Source: a virus
Direction: 5' to 3' (one strand)
DNA: 64,000 nucleotides
Virus record (IMG/VR): IMGVR_UViG_3300034152_001291
Span: 60,704-124,703 of that record
Numbering within the stretch: the stretch's first letter is position 1; each line of letters starts with the position of its first letter. The notes beneath the pieces were generated by a model. That model was not told the origin of the DNA. It did no database searches and saw only the letters and a list, made by a program, of their open reading frames with translations. Positions 56,174 to 64,000 of this stretch are shown piece after piece. The translations under genes and the position numbers were made by a program.

Positions 56174-56842
56174 ATGGTTTTCGATCCTTCAAACTTCGTA
56201 TCCGGCGTGGAGGAGGCCTCCTCCGCAGTCACGCGGGGTATAGAGGATGTGAGCGCCCGCATCGAGGAGCGGATTCCGTACGAGGAGGCCTCCTCCGCAG
56301 TCACGCGGGGTATAGAGGATGTGAACGCCCGCATCGAGGAGCGGATTCCGGACGTGGTGCGGGCGGGAGGTGTGAACGTCTTCGATCCGTACGATGTCGA
56401 TCAGATCATCGTGGACGACTCGGAGGAGGAAGCATCCGTCCTTTCGATCCGCCGCCCGGACGGGGAGATCCTCTGTGCCACGGATCATTTCATCCTGACC
56501 TCGGTCAACGAACCCGACCAGGAGAAGATGTCCTTCTCCTTTTCGCTCGGGGAGCCTGTCTTGTTCGGGGGCGTGGGGCGTCGGCCTCGGGTCTTCTCGT
56601 ACTCGGGATTCCTGAAGGACTCCCGGTTGGCGGGGCCCGGGATCTCGGCGTGGCGGGAGATCTACGAGAGGTATCTTCGTGGCGAGCGGTGCGTCCAGTT
56701 GGGGGCCTCGGCCGTGCTGGAGTACAGGGATCAGTACCGCGAGGGGTACATCATGTCCACCTCGCTCGCCTACGAGTCGAGCAGGCCGACGACCGCCACG
56801 TTCTCCTTCAATCTTTTCTTGATCAATAGGGGACCGCTATGA
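56174..56842 (+). CDS. Probable baseplate/tube-initiator protein
   Basis: Follows tape measure; paralog-like similarity to next gene (GRRPRVFSYS vs GRQPRVYTVS). Confidence 0.5.
   Translation: MVFDPSNFVSGVEEASSAVTRGIEDVSARIEERIPYEEASSAVTRGIEDVNARIEERIPDVVRAGGVNVFDPYDVDQIIVDDSEEEASVLSIRRPDGEILCATDHFILTSVNEPDQEKMSFSFSLGEPVLFGGVGRRPRVFSYSGFLKDSRLAGPGISAWREIYERYLRGERCVQLGASAVLEYRDQYREGYIMSTSLAYESSRPTTATFSFNLFLINRGPL
56210..56350 (+). repeat. In-frame tandem duplication, 69 bp x2, period 72 bp, one mismatch
   Basis: Encodes EEASSAVTRGIEDV(S/N)ARIEERIP twice. Confidence 0.9.
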
Positions 56843-57546
56843 GCCCCGTGATCGACTCGACCGATCTTGAGTCGAGGCGGATCTACTCCTCCTCGGCCGA
56901 GGATCTCGGGAAGGCAGTCCGTGCCACCCTGACCGCTCATCGCCTGGTCAACGGGGTTCTCGAGGACGAGCCCGTGGCGGTCGCGGACATGCTGCACATT
57001 CAGTCGATCAACATCGCGGACGAGGAGCGCGCCCAGGTGGTCTCCAACTCCGAGGACTCGGGCAAGGTCTACATCTACGGGAGGCAGCCACGCGTCTACA
57101 CCGTCTCGACCTTCCTGGTCGACAGCCGGCGAGACCGGGCTCTGCGTAGGTGGCTGAGGGCTTACGAGGATTACTTCAGGCTGACGGCCTGTTATAGGAA
57201 GGGCTACATCGACAGGCTGCGGTGGAGGACTTCGGAGTTCAGAGGCTTTCTTTTGAGCAACGTCGTGTCCATGGAGTCCCAGAACAAGAGCCTCTGGATC
57301 GTATCGTTCACCTTTGTCCATGTCAGCGGGTATGAGGACGTGGACGTTCCGAGAATCGTGGACCGGAACACCAGGAGAAGTCGCTGGCGTGCGGGCGCCA
57401 ACGAGAGGGATTTCGCCGGGTTCCTGAGCCAGGAAGGCATGAGAAGGGTGACTCCTTCGGACTACGACGAAGCCGCCCTTCTCGACCTTCCCGACCCTCC
57501 GGTTCTCGAGCACATAGACGCCAGGACGAGGGCCGCCCCGATTTAG
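56839..57546 (+). CDS. Probable baseplate/tube-initiator protein
   Basis: Synteny; similarity to previous gene. Confidence 0.5.
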   Translation: MSPVIDSTDLESRRIYSSSAEDLGKAVRATLTAHRLVNGVLEDEPVAVADMLHIQSINIADEERAQVVSNSEDSGKVYIYGRQPRVYTVSTFLVDSRRDRALRRWLRAYEDYFRLTACYRKGYIDRLRWRTSEFRGFLLSNVVSMESQNKSLWIVSFTFVHVSGYEDVDVPRIVDRNTRRSRWRAGANERDFAGFLSQEGMRRVTPSDYDEAALLDLPDPPVLEHIDARTRAAPI

Positions 57547-57548
57547 CC

Positions 57549-60431
57549 ATGACAAGAGTCGCTCGAAAGCAGGTGATCTACAAAGTCTTCCTCGACGGGG
57601 TTCAGGTCCCGTGGATCGGGCTGAACGTATCCGTCGGGATGAACAATCCGGGCCAGGCGCAGATCGTGATCGAGCCCGACCCGGTCCTTCGCAATCTCCG
57701 TCCGGACACGAGGGTGGCCATCTTCTTCTACGACGAGGAGGAGGAGGGGGACGAGGATCTCGACAAGCTGAAGCTCTTCTGGGAGGGGCGCGTGAGAGCC
57801 CCCGTTTTCCAGAAGACGCCGAACAGCCAATCGGTGTCTCTGACCGCCGAGGGGGACCTGGCACTTCTTGCGCACAGCAAGCTGTACGCCCACGGCTTCG
57901 GTCCTCTCCCCCAGACGCCGATCGTCTCGGGGTCGGTCCTGGCCCACACGGGATCCTACACGGCCAAGCAGCTCCTCAACTACGCCGTCTTCGGGAAGGC
58001 GCTCGATCTTTCGACACCCAACACGGGCGGGAAGGGAGGCCCGTACCGGGATCCCATCTCGCCCAACTATGCCGAACGGGTCCTGCGCCTGATGGCGTAC
58101 TTCTCGTCCTACAACGCCTTGTTCCGGATGCAGGCGGTGAGGACCCGGTTGTTCGGCAGGATTGCGGCGTTCTATGACGAAAGTCTGGGGCGTCTCATCC
58201 CTCGAGCTCTCTCGACGGCTTTCTTCGATCAAATGAACTCCGCGATCGAGCCCGGGTCCACGATCCTGGATTTGATGAGCCTGTTCAACAAGATGACCTT
58301 CTACTCCTACGCGAGCGTCGCGGGCCCCGTCGCACCCCTCGAGGGAGAGGGATCTCCCCTCCTATTCCCGGGCGTGGAGAGCGACGACCACATGTACGCC
58401 ATCCCGCGCCCCTATCTCCGGAATGACTATCTTCTTCTGCCTCAGACCTATTACGCCGTCCCTCCCTCCTGCAATCTGATCTTTCCAGAGTTCGTAGGAA
58501 ACTTCAGTCTCGAACGGGACTTCATGGCAGAGCCAACCCGTGCGATCGTCAGCACGACCCATCTTGGCGCTCAGCTGGTGACCGTCGCGCCGGACAGCCT
58601 CTTCCGCTTCGAAGAGACGCCAGACCCGGCCCAGTTCTGGTCCCTGAACAAGGACGGGATCAGAATGGAGGGGGCAGTCGAGAGCCCGTACCAATCCAAG
58701 GCCGACTCAGGGTCCACGTACAACCTCTTCGGAATCGTCAGCGACGATGAGGTCGAGAAGGGAATGGTCCCTCTTCTTGACCACCCTTCCTTCGAACTGT
58801 TCGCGGCCGTCTCGAATCTGTTCGATCTGAAGTCCGAGGACGGGCTTCGCTATCTTGCCTCGCTCATCCAGGAGAAGGACAAGATGGCCGCCAAGATCTT
58901 CAACGAGAACGCCCCGAGAGACCAGGCCTTCATCTACCTGATGAAGGCAATCGCGGATTACCGGTACGTTCTCGAGAAGTTCCGCCGCTCCGTGAGCATC
59001 AACCTGGTGGGGCACCGGTGGCTCGTCCCGGGGTTTCCGTTCGTCTACTTCAGCACCATCACGAGCTACATCGGAATCGTCACCACGTTCAGTCTGTCCG
59101 TCGACAACGACGGGAACGAGATGGCTTCCGCGGGGCTGGACTTCGTTCGTCCTCTTCCTCCCCTCAGCGAGGGCTCGGTCAGGAACGTCGAGGCGGTCGG
59201 AGAGGCGGCGCAAGCGGTGGAGGGGCATTTGACACGGCTCGAGAGCCAAATCGATCGGTTCATCGAGCAGGCGCGGAGCACGGCGGATCGTTTCGTCAAG
59301 GGTGACGGTGTGGCCTACATAACATTCCAGAGGATCTTCAGCCAGTTCTTCGATGTCGGAAGCCAGGACAAGAAGACGTTGAACGAAGCCAACATAAGTG
59401 CTTCGGACATTCGGAAGGTTCAGTACATCTTCCAGGAGAATACGGTTCTCGAGAAGAACGCTCTCGGCGTACCGGTCCCGAGGCAGGCCACGGAGAAGGA
59501 TCAGGAGGACGCGGTCCTCTCGGCGCTGACGATCATGGAGAAGTACGGCGCGGAGTTCAAGCGGCAAGCGCGCAACGCGGTCACGGATCTGGACTCGGAA
59601 TCCGTTCCGGGGAACAAGGCTCGCCCGGACTTCACACAGGATCTCAAGGATTCGATCCACCGTCTTTCCCTCAAGGAGGACCTTCCCGAGGAGTTCATGC
59701 CTCCTCCCGTCTTCGCCAACTTCGATCTCCTCAGCGCCGACACCGCCGAGGAGATCTACTCCGATCTGATCGGGGCCCGGAAGGTCTTCTCGGAGATCTA
59801 CGACTCGACGCCGAGCGAGGTCGGGAGCCCGAGGGGATCCTTGTCCCGTGTGTTCGAGCTGAGGCGGTCCGCCTACACGAAGTTCGTGAACCTCATGCGG
59901 GCGCTGGACAAGATCTTCCCCGTTCTTCGCGACGAGGCGTTCGGAAGCGAGGCCGCGGACGGCAATTCGGAGTGGGAGGTCAGGAAGAGGGATGAGGATT
60001 CGGAGGAGTCCGTTCGGTCCTGGGCCGAGTCCAAATATCTCCGCCGGGAGAGGCTGCTGAGCCTGAGGGAGTACCTGGAGAACAATCTTCTCAGGCTCAA
60101 GAAGAACGTCTCCGAGGATCCCACTCCTACGGTGTTTCTTCAGATGGAGCCTTCCGATACCCAGGTTCTCGATTCCAAGGTCGGGTCTTTGACCTGGGAC
60201 AACTCTATCCTTAGCAAGGTGGTGGACGAGTTCCAGATCGAAGGGAGATACGTGTCCATAAGACAGGCGGACGGTTCCGTCATCCGAGTGGCCAAGAAGA
60301 CCGGGGACGGCCTCGTCAGGGACCTCAGGAAATCCGTGAAGACGCCGTACCTCACCACCAAGGGACGGCAGGCGATCATCCTCGACTACGCTTCGAGGCA
60401 CTTCGGGGAGCGGGCGTATGGCGGCAAATGA
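57549..60431 (+). CDS. Probable baseplate hub protein
   Basis: N-terminal YKVFLDGVQVP...LFWEG and later WLVPGFP pattern seen in hub proteins; synteny. Confidence 0.55.
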   Translation: MTRVARKQVIYKVFLDGVQVPWIGLNVSVGMNNPGQAQIVIEPDPVLRNLRPDTRVAIFFYDEEEEGDEDLDKLKLFWEGRVRAPVFQKTPNSQSVSLTAEGDLALLAHSKLYAHGFGPLPQTPIVSGSVLAHTGSYTAKQLLNYAVFGKALDLSTPNTGGKGGPYRDPISPNYAERVLRLMAYFSSYNALFRMQAVRTRLFGRIAAFYDESLGRLIPRALSTAFFDQMNSAIEPGSTILDLMSLFNKMTFYSYASVAGPVAPLEGEGSPLLFPGVESDDHMYAIPRPYLRNDYLLLPQTYYAVPPSCNLIFPEFVGNFSLERDFMAEPTRAIVSTTHLGAQLVTVAPDSLFRFEETPDPAQFWSLNKDGIRMEGAVESPYQSKADSGSTYNLFGIVSDDEVEKGMVPLLDHPSFELFAAVSNLFDLKSEDGLRYLASLIQEKDKMAAKIFNENAPRDQAFIYLMKAIADYRYVLEKFRRSVSINLVGHRWLVPGFPFVYFSTITSYIGIVTTFSLSVDNDGNEMASAGLDFVRPLPPLSEGSVRNVEAVGEAAQAVEGHLTRLESQIDRFIEQARSTADRFVKGDGVAYITFQRIFSQFFDVGSQDKKTLNEANISASDIRKVQYIFQENTVLEKNALGVPVPRQATEKDQEDAVLSALTIMEKYGAEFKRQARNAVTDLDSESVPGNKARPDFTQDLKDSIHRLSLKEDLPEEFMPPPVFANFDLLSADTAEEIYSDLIGARKVFSEIYDSTPSEVGSPRGSLSRVFELRRSAYTKFVNLMRALDKIFPVLRDEAFGSEAADGNSEWEVRKRDEDSEESVRSWAESKYLRRERLLSLREYLENNLLRLKKNVSEDPTPTVFLQMEPSDTQVLDSKVGSLTWDNSILSKVVDEFQIEGRYVSIRQADGSVIRVAKKTGDGLVRDLRKSVKTPYLTTKGRQAIILDYASRHFGERAYGGK

Positions 60432-61116
60432 CGAGAAGGATCTGATTCGGCGGGCGAAGGCGGGCGATCCCATCGCCAAGAACGAGCTGATCCAGAAGTA
60501 CCGGCCGATGCTTCGGCACAAGATCCAGGCCTACAGCCGGGCGCCGGTTCCCATGGCGGCGCTTCAGGGCGAAGCCATGCGTCTCCTTCTCCATGCCATC
60601 GAGCGGTTCGATCCCTCCAAGAACATCCAGTTCAAGACCTTCCTCGATCACAACCTCCGGGGGCTCTACCGCTACACCTCCCGGGCCAAGAACGTGGCTC
60701 GGATTCCCGAGCATCAGACGCTCCAGATCACGACGTTCAAGAACGTCAAGTCGATCCTCGAATCCAAGAAGGGGAGGGAGCCGACCGCGTACGAGGTCGC
60801 CGATGCGCTCGCCTGGTCTCCGGCCCAGGTCGTCAAGATGGAGACGGCGTTGAGCCGCAGGGATATCGCCGCTTCCGGCATCGAAGCCATGCACGGACGG
60901 GAGAAATTCGAGGAGAAGATGGAAGACCTGATGGAGTACGAATACTTCGAGATGATGCCCGAAGAGAAGATTGTCTTCGACTACACGCTCGGGCGGCACG
61001 GGAAGCCCCGTCTCGAGGACGTCAAGGCGATGTCCAGGAGGACGGGGCTGTCGATTGACAAGGTCTACGAGATCAAGAGAAACATCGCGCAGAGGATTTC
61101 CAAGAGGATAGGATGA
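60418..61116 (+). CDS. Second sigma-70 family sigma factor (group 3-like)
   Basis: AKAGD..AKNELIQKY, AIERFDPSK..QFKTF, GREPT..EVA, C-terminal HTH. Confidence 0.85.
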   Translation: MAANDEKDLIRRAKAGDPIAKNELIQKYRPMLRHKIQAYSRAPVPMAALQGEAMRLLLHAIERFDPSKNIQFKTFLDHNLRGLYRYTSRAKNVARIPEHQTLQITTFKNVKSILESKKGREPTAYEVADALAWSPAQVVKMETALSRRDIAASGIEAMHGREKFEEKMEDLMEYEYFEMMPEEKIVFDYTLGRHGKPRLEDVKAMSRRTGLSIDKVYEIKRNIAQRISKRIG

Positions 61117-61430
61117 GCAAGGACAGAAAGAAATCGATCGACGCCATGCGGGCGCTCGCCGTTCGCCTGCAAAAGAAGGTGGAAGAGGACGCTCCGGAAA
61201 GCGGGAGGCTCGCGAAGATCAGGGCGCTCATCTCTCGTTTCCTGCACAAGACCGACAAGAACCCCGTTCAGGTCATCAACGATTACGGGGGCTACTACAA
61301 GTACGGCATGTTGGACCCGGGCTTCCGGACCAAGCAGAGGAAGGACCATCTCGACAAGATGAGGGTGGCATGGCTACAGGGTGTAGGGGCTGCGCCCCAG
61401 AAACCGAAACGCGGAAAGTCCGGCTCATAA
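61113..61430 (+). CDS. Basic hypothetical protein
   Basis: ATGA overlap with sigma gene. Confidence 0.55.
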   Translation: MSKDRKKSIDAMRALAVRLQKKVEEDAPESGRLAKIRALISRFLHKTDKNPVQVINDYGGYYKYGMLDPGFRTKQRKDHLDKMRVAWLQGVGAAPQKPKRGKSGS

Positions 61431-61661
61431 CTCCGAGGAACCGCCCCGACGATTGGGTGCGATCCGCGGCGCCGGGAGATCTCCTGCTCTTCGGCGGCCG
61501 GGACAAGGGCGGTATTCTTCGTCTCCAGACGGAGAGTGCGTTCATCACGCTCACGGCCCGGCAGGTTTGGATGGGGCGTCCGATTCCGTGGCCCTTCAGA
61601 AAGGGGGACGTGACGAACTTTCGCATCCGGGGAGCCTCGGACTTGATCTTCTTCTCGGCAT

Positions 61662-61690
61662 AAAAAAAGAGGCGGGGAGCGCCGCCTCTT
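61662..61690. terminator. Terminator between convergent genes
   Basis: AAGAGGCGG/CCGCCTCTT stem preceded by an A tract (U tract on minus strand). Confidence 0.75.
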
Positions 61691-61699
61691 GTCCGGATG

Positions 61700-61885
61700 C
61701 TACAACACTGGGAGGTCGAGAACCTTGTCTTTGATCTCCGACTCGGTGAAGTAGACGCGCTTGTCGCTCGGGTCGAGGAACTTGTAGACGGTCGTCTTCT
61801 CTCCCTTCGGCTCCTTCTTGTCGATGCGCTCGATGAAGATGAGGTCGAATCCTCGGCAAAAGGCATTCAGAGTCGAGATCTTCAT
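61700..61885 (-). CDS. Small hypothetical protein
   Basis: GAGG SD. Confidence 0.55.
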   Translation of the reverse strand: MKISTLNAFCRGFDLIFIERIDKKEPKGEKTTVYKFLDPSDKRVYFTESEIKDKVLDLPVL

Positions 61886-61892
61886 GGCGTCC

Positions 61893-62270
61893 TCACGAGT
61901 CCGGTTGGAGCGTCTTGTGGAGGAGGTAGAAGATGTCGAACACGTCGACGTGCTCGACGCTCTCGTCCTTTTCGTCGATGACCACTTTCGTCGCCTCCTC
62001 CTTGCCCTTGGCGAAGACGAGCCGCGTCTCGCACCGGTACGGGCGCCGGCTTCCCTTCGGATTCTTTCTTCGGCAGTGAACCATGAAGGCCGAGGCGATC
62101 GTGGTTCCTTCGGGGCCCGTCTCGAGCTTCTCGACTTCCCACCGGTGCTGGCATCCGTCGCACCGAAAGGTCAGGCTCCCCACCGTGTCCTCGATCATTC
62201 TGACCTCGGTAGGGTGGAACTTGAAGGACCGGCATTGGGGGCAGAAGGACGGCCAGTTCCAGAGGATCAT
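61893..62270 (-). CDS. Zinc-ribbon protein
   Basis: CPQC...CDGC; GGAG SD. Confidence 0.6.
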   Translation of the reverse strand: MILWNWPSFCPQCRSFKFHPTEVRMIEDTVGSLTFRCDGCQHRWEVEKLETGPEGTTIASAFMVHCRRKNPKGSRRPYRCETRLVFAKGKEEATKVVIDEKDESVEHVDVFDIFYLLHKTLQPDS

Positions 62271-62274
62271 GACG

Positions 62275-62703
62275 CTACTCCGACAGGGTTTCGTTGAGTC
62301 TCATCTTCCCCACGTAGTCGCAGTCGAGGGCGTGGGTCTCGCCGAATCCGGCGTGGCAGATCGCACAGGCGGGTCCGTACCCGAAATCCGCCACCCCTTC
62401 CGGGACCGTTGCGGGTTTCGTCTCGGGGGTTTTGGGGACCTCTCTCCTCTCCTCCCTTTCGGGGGCGGGGTCGTCCTGGGAGACACCCCAGTAGGCCGTG
62501 TCCTTCTTTTTCGGGATCTCCTTCAGCCGCTCCTCTGGGCAGGTGTGACGTTTTCCGTCCTTGTCGGTCCAGCGCCAGGCCCTCTGGTCGAGGTCCATGG
62601 TGTAGAGAACGCCTTGTCGACCGTCCATGGAGGCCCTGCGCGTGGGGTTGCAGAGCTGGCAGTGCCCGCATGCGACCTCGATTTCCACTCCTCGTTCGAA
62701 CAT
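62275..62703 (-). CDS. Cys/His-rich hypothetical protein
   Basis: AGGAG SD; CGHC, HTC, CAIC..H..DC. Confidence 0.6.
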   Translation of the reverse strand: MFERGVEIEVACGHCQLCNPTRRASMDGRQGVLYTMDLDQRAWRWTDKDGKRHTCPEERLKEIPKKKDTAYWGVSQDDPAPEREERREVPKTPETKPATVPEGVADFGYGPACAICHAGFGETHALDCDYVGKMRLNETLSE

Positions 62704-62758
62704 GGTCATCTCCTAAAAAGAAAGGTGAAAGAAAGGTGATCGAAAGATCGTTCTGCAT

Positions 62759-62827
62759 TCTTCTTATGACTCAAATGCTCTGTTTTTTGGAGCGGATGGT
62801 TGTACTCCATTCTCCGTCAGGCATACT
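62759..62827. promoter_or_regulatory. Divergent promoter region
   Basis: Leftward CAAAAAA-N12-GTCATAAGAAGA; rightward TTGTAC-16 nt-CATACT. Confidence 0.55.
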
Positions 62828-62837
62828 TTTGGATGCA

Positions 62838-63749
62838 ATGGCAAAGCGAAGAAAATCATCGGCGGGTGACGACCGAGGCAAGGCCCTTCTCGCCGGCCTT
62901 CTCGGGACTGCTCCGGCGACGGCGCTGACCGGGCTGCTTACGAGGGCTGTCCGTGGGAAGAAGGACTTTACACAGCAAGGTCCGTACATCTCGGTTTCCG
63001 AGGCCGAGAAGTTTCCCCGCAAGGCTTTCGGCAAGGACGTCCTCGTAGAGTTCGAGCGCGGGGTCTACCCGTCGGCGGGAAAGACGGTTCGCCTGCCGAG
63101 CATTCCGAAGGGAAAGAAGGAGGTAACGTCCCTGTCCGCGGCCGCCCACGAGTTCGGCCATGCGGCAGGGGGCACTCCTCAGAAGGTACTGGGCGGGCTG
63201 AGAAAGGCGCTGTTCGCCTCGCCGGAGCTGAGAGTACCGGGGGTCAAAGGGAAGTTCATCCCGCTGCCCCCGGTCTCGCCCGCCCACCTCCCTCTCATTC
63301 TCGCGGCGGCCTCCCCGAGAAAGAAGGATGAGAAGGGGGTGAAGGAGTTCGTGAAGAAGCACCCCGCCGCGTTGGCGGCCGCGCTCTCGGCCATTCCTCT
63401 CGCCGAGGAGGCTCACGCGAGCCTGAAGGGTCTGTCCGCCATCCGGAAGCTTCACGGGGGGAGGATGGCCACGAAGGCTCTTCCGTCGATGGCGAGAGGT
63501 TTCGGCACGCACGCACTCGCACACCTCCCGATCGTGGCAACGATCTGGGGGACGGGAAAGATCAGGGACTTTCTTCAAAGCAGGCGGGAGAAAACAGCCG
63601 GGGTCTTGGTGCGCGCCTTGAAGAGACCCCTTCTGTCTTCGCCGCGGTACTTCGCGAGGATAGACGAGCCGGGTCCGGTGTACCTCAGGAGGCGGCAAAA
63701 CACCTCCATCAATCCGGAGACTCGGCAGGTCGTTGAGAAGGGGCCGTAG
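62838..63749 (+). CDS. Putative zinc metallopeptidase, possibly membrane-associated or virion-borne
   Basis: AAAHEFGHA (HExxH) plus downstream EEAHAS; hydrophobic segments; EKTAG motif. Confidence 0.7.
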   Translation: MAKRRKSSAGDDRGKALLAGLLGTAPATALTGLLTRAVRGKKDFTQQGPYISVSEAEKFPRKAFGKDVLVEFERGVYPSAGKTVRLPSIPKGKKEVTSLSAAAHEFGHAAGGTPQKVLGGLRKALFASPELRVPGVKGKFIPLPPVSPAHLPLILAAASPRKKDEKGVKEFVKKHPAALAAALSAIPLAEEAHASLKGLSAIRKLHGGRMATKALPSMARGFGTHALAHLPIVATIWGTGKIRDFLQSRREKTAGVLVRALKRPLLSSPRYFARIDEPGPVYLRRRQNTSINPETRQVVEKGP

Positions 63750-63827
63750 CGCGGGGTTGCTTGCTCTCGGCGTCTTTGACATCATACTTTCAACGGATTC
63801 GAATCCCTTTACCTGAAGGAGGACCAG

Positions 63828-64000
63828 ATGAGCTCATTCATGGACGGGTTGAAGTCCGGACTCTCGGGGGAGGAGGGCACCCAGAAGACAGGCGTCTTCG
63901 CCAAGATCGCCCAGAAGATGAACGAGTACACGGGGGAGGAGGAAGAGGAGGAGAAGGAGAAGGAGAAGGAGAAGGAGAAGGAGAAGGAGAAGGAGAAGGA
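63828..64000 (+). CDS. 3'-truncated protein with (KE)n tract
   Basis: AAGGAGG SD; MSSFMDGLKSG...QKTG..AKIAQ. Confidence 0.6.
   Translation, partial: MSSFMDGLKSGLSGEEGTQKTGVFAKIAQKMNEYTGEEEEEEKEKEKEKEKEKEKEK
63951..64000. repeat. (GAGAAG)n microsatellite
   Basis: Directly visible, runs to window end. Confidence 0.9.

Noticed and set aside
48256-56350. Diversity-generating retroelement
   Set aside because: The RT has PQGAPTSP rather than the DGR-type G...SQ motif, no Avd-like gene is evident, and I saw no dispersed TR/VR pair; the 72-bp repeat is tandem and in frame.
1-64000. Alternative genetic code
   Set aside because: Genes are full-length under the standard code, and TAG, TGA and TAA all act as stops.
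1-64000. tRNA or rRNA genes
   Set aside because: No cloverleaf with a T-loop and acceptor stem found by eye in the intergenic gaps; a tRNA scan would be needed to exclude them.
63951-64000. (GAGAAG)n as a telomere-like or regulatory repeat
   Set aside because: It lies in frame in an ORF encoding (KE)n; a simple coding microsatellite truncated by the window edge.

Overview
A GC-rich 64-kb segment of a large, probably uncultured myovirus-like (contractile-tailed) phage genome using the standard genetic code. 1-15.3 kb (+) is a head and tail block: intein-containing prohead protease, small acidic head proteins, major capsid protein, neck proteins, sheath and tube. 15.3-50.1 kb (-) is a replication/recombination/accessory block: sigma-70 factor, RuvC, two RNase H, Cas4-like nuclease, family-4 UDG, RecA, SF2 helicase, intein-containing PolA, Gln-rich SSB-like protein, primase, intein-containing class II RNR, DnaB and an HTH initiator carrying probable iterons. 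50.2-61.4 kb (+) is a second tail/lysis block: frameshifted tail chaperone, lipoprotein, holin, tape measure, baseplate and a second sigma factor. The standout is at 43.7-49.6 kb: a structured non-coding leader, a 13-aa leader peptide and a retron-like reverse transcriptase with an atypical YCDN active site, tightly coupled to a ubiquitin-like conjugation cassette (E2, JAB with Zn-finger array, E1/ThiF, Ubl ending EKG). Also notable: a PolA intein followed by Asn instead of Cys/Ser/Thr, a recurring K-x-A motif in head proteins, a shared promoter-like motif at two divergent regions, and several candidate structured RNAs. All assignments come from motif recognition by eye; no searches or folding programs were run.
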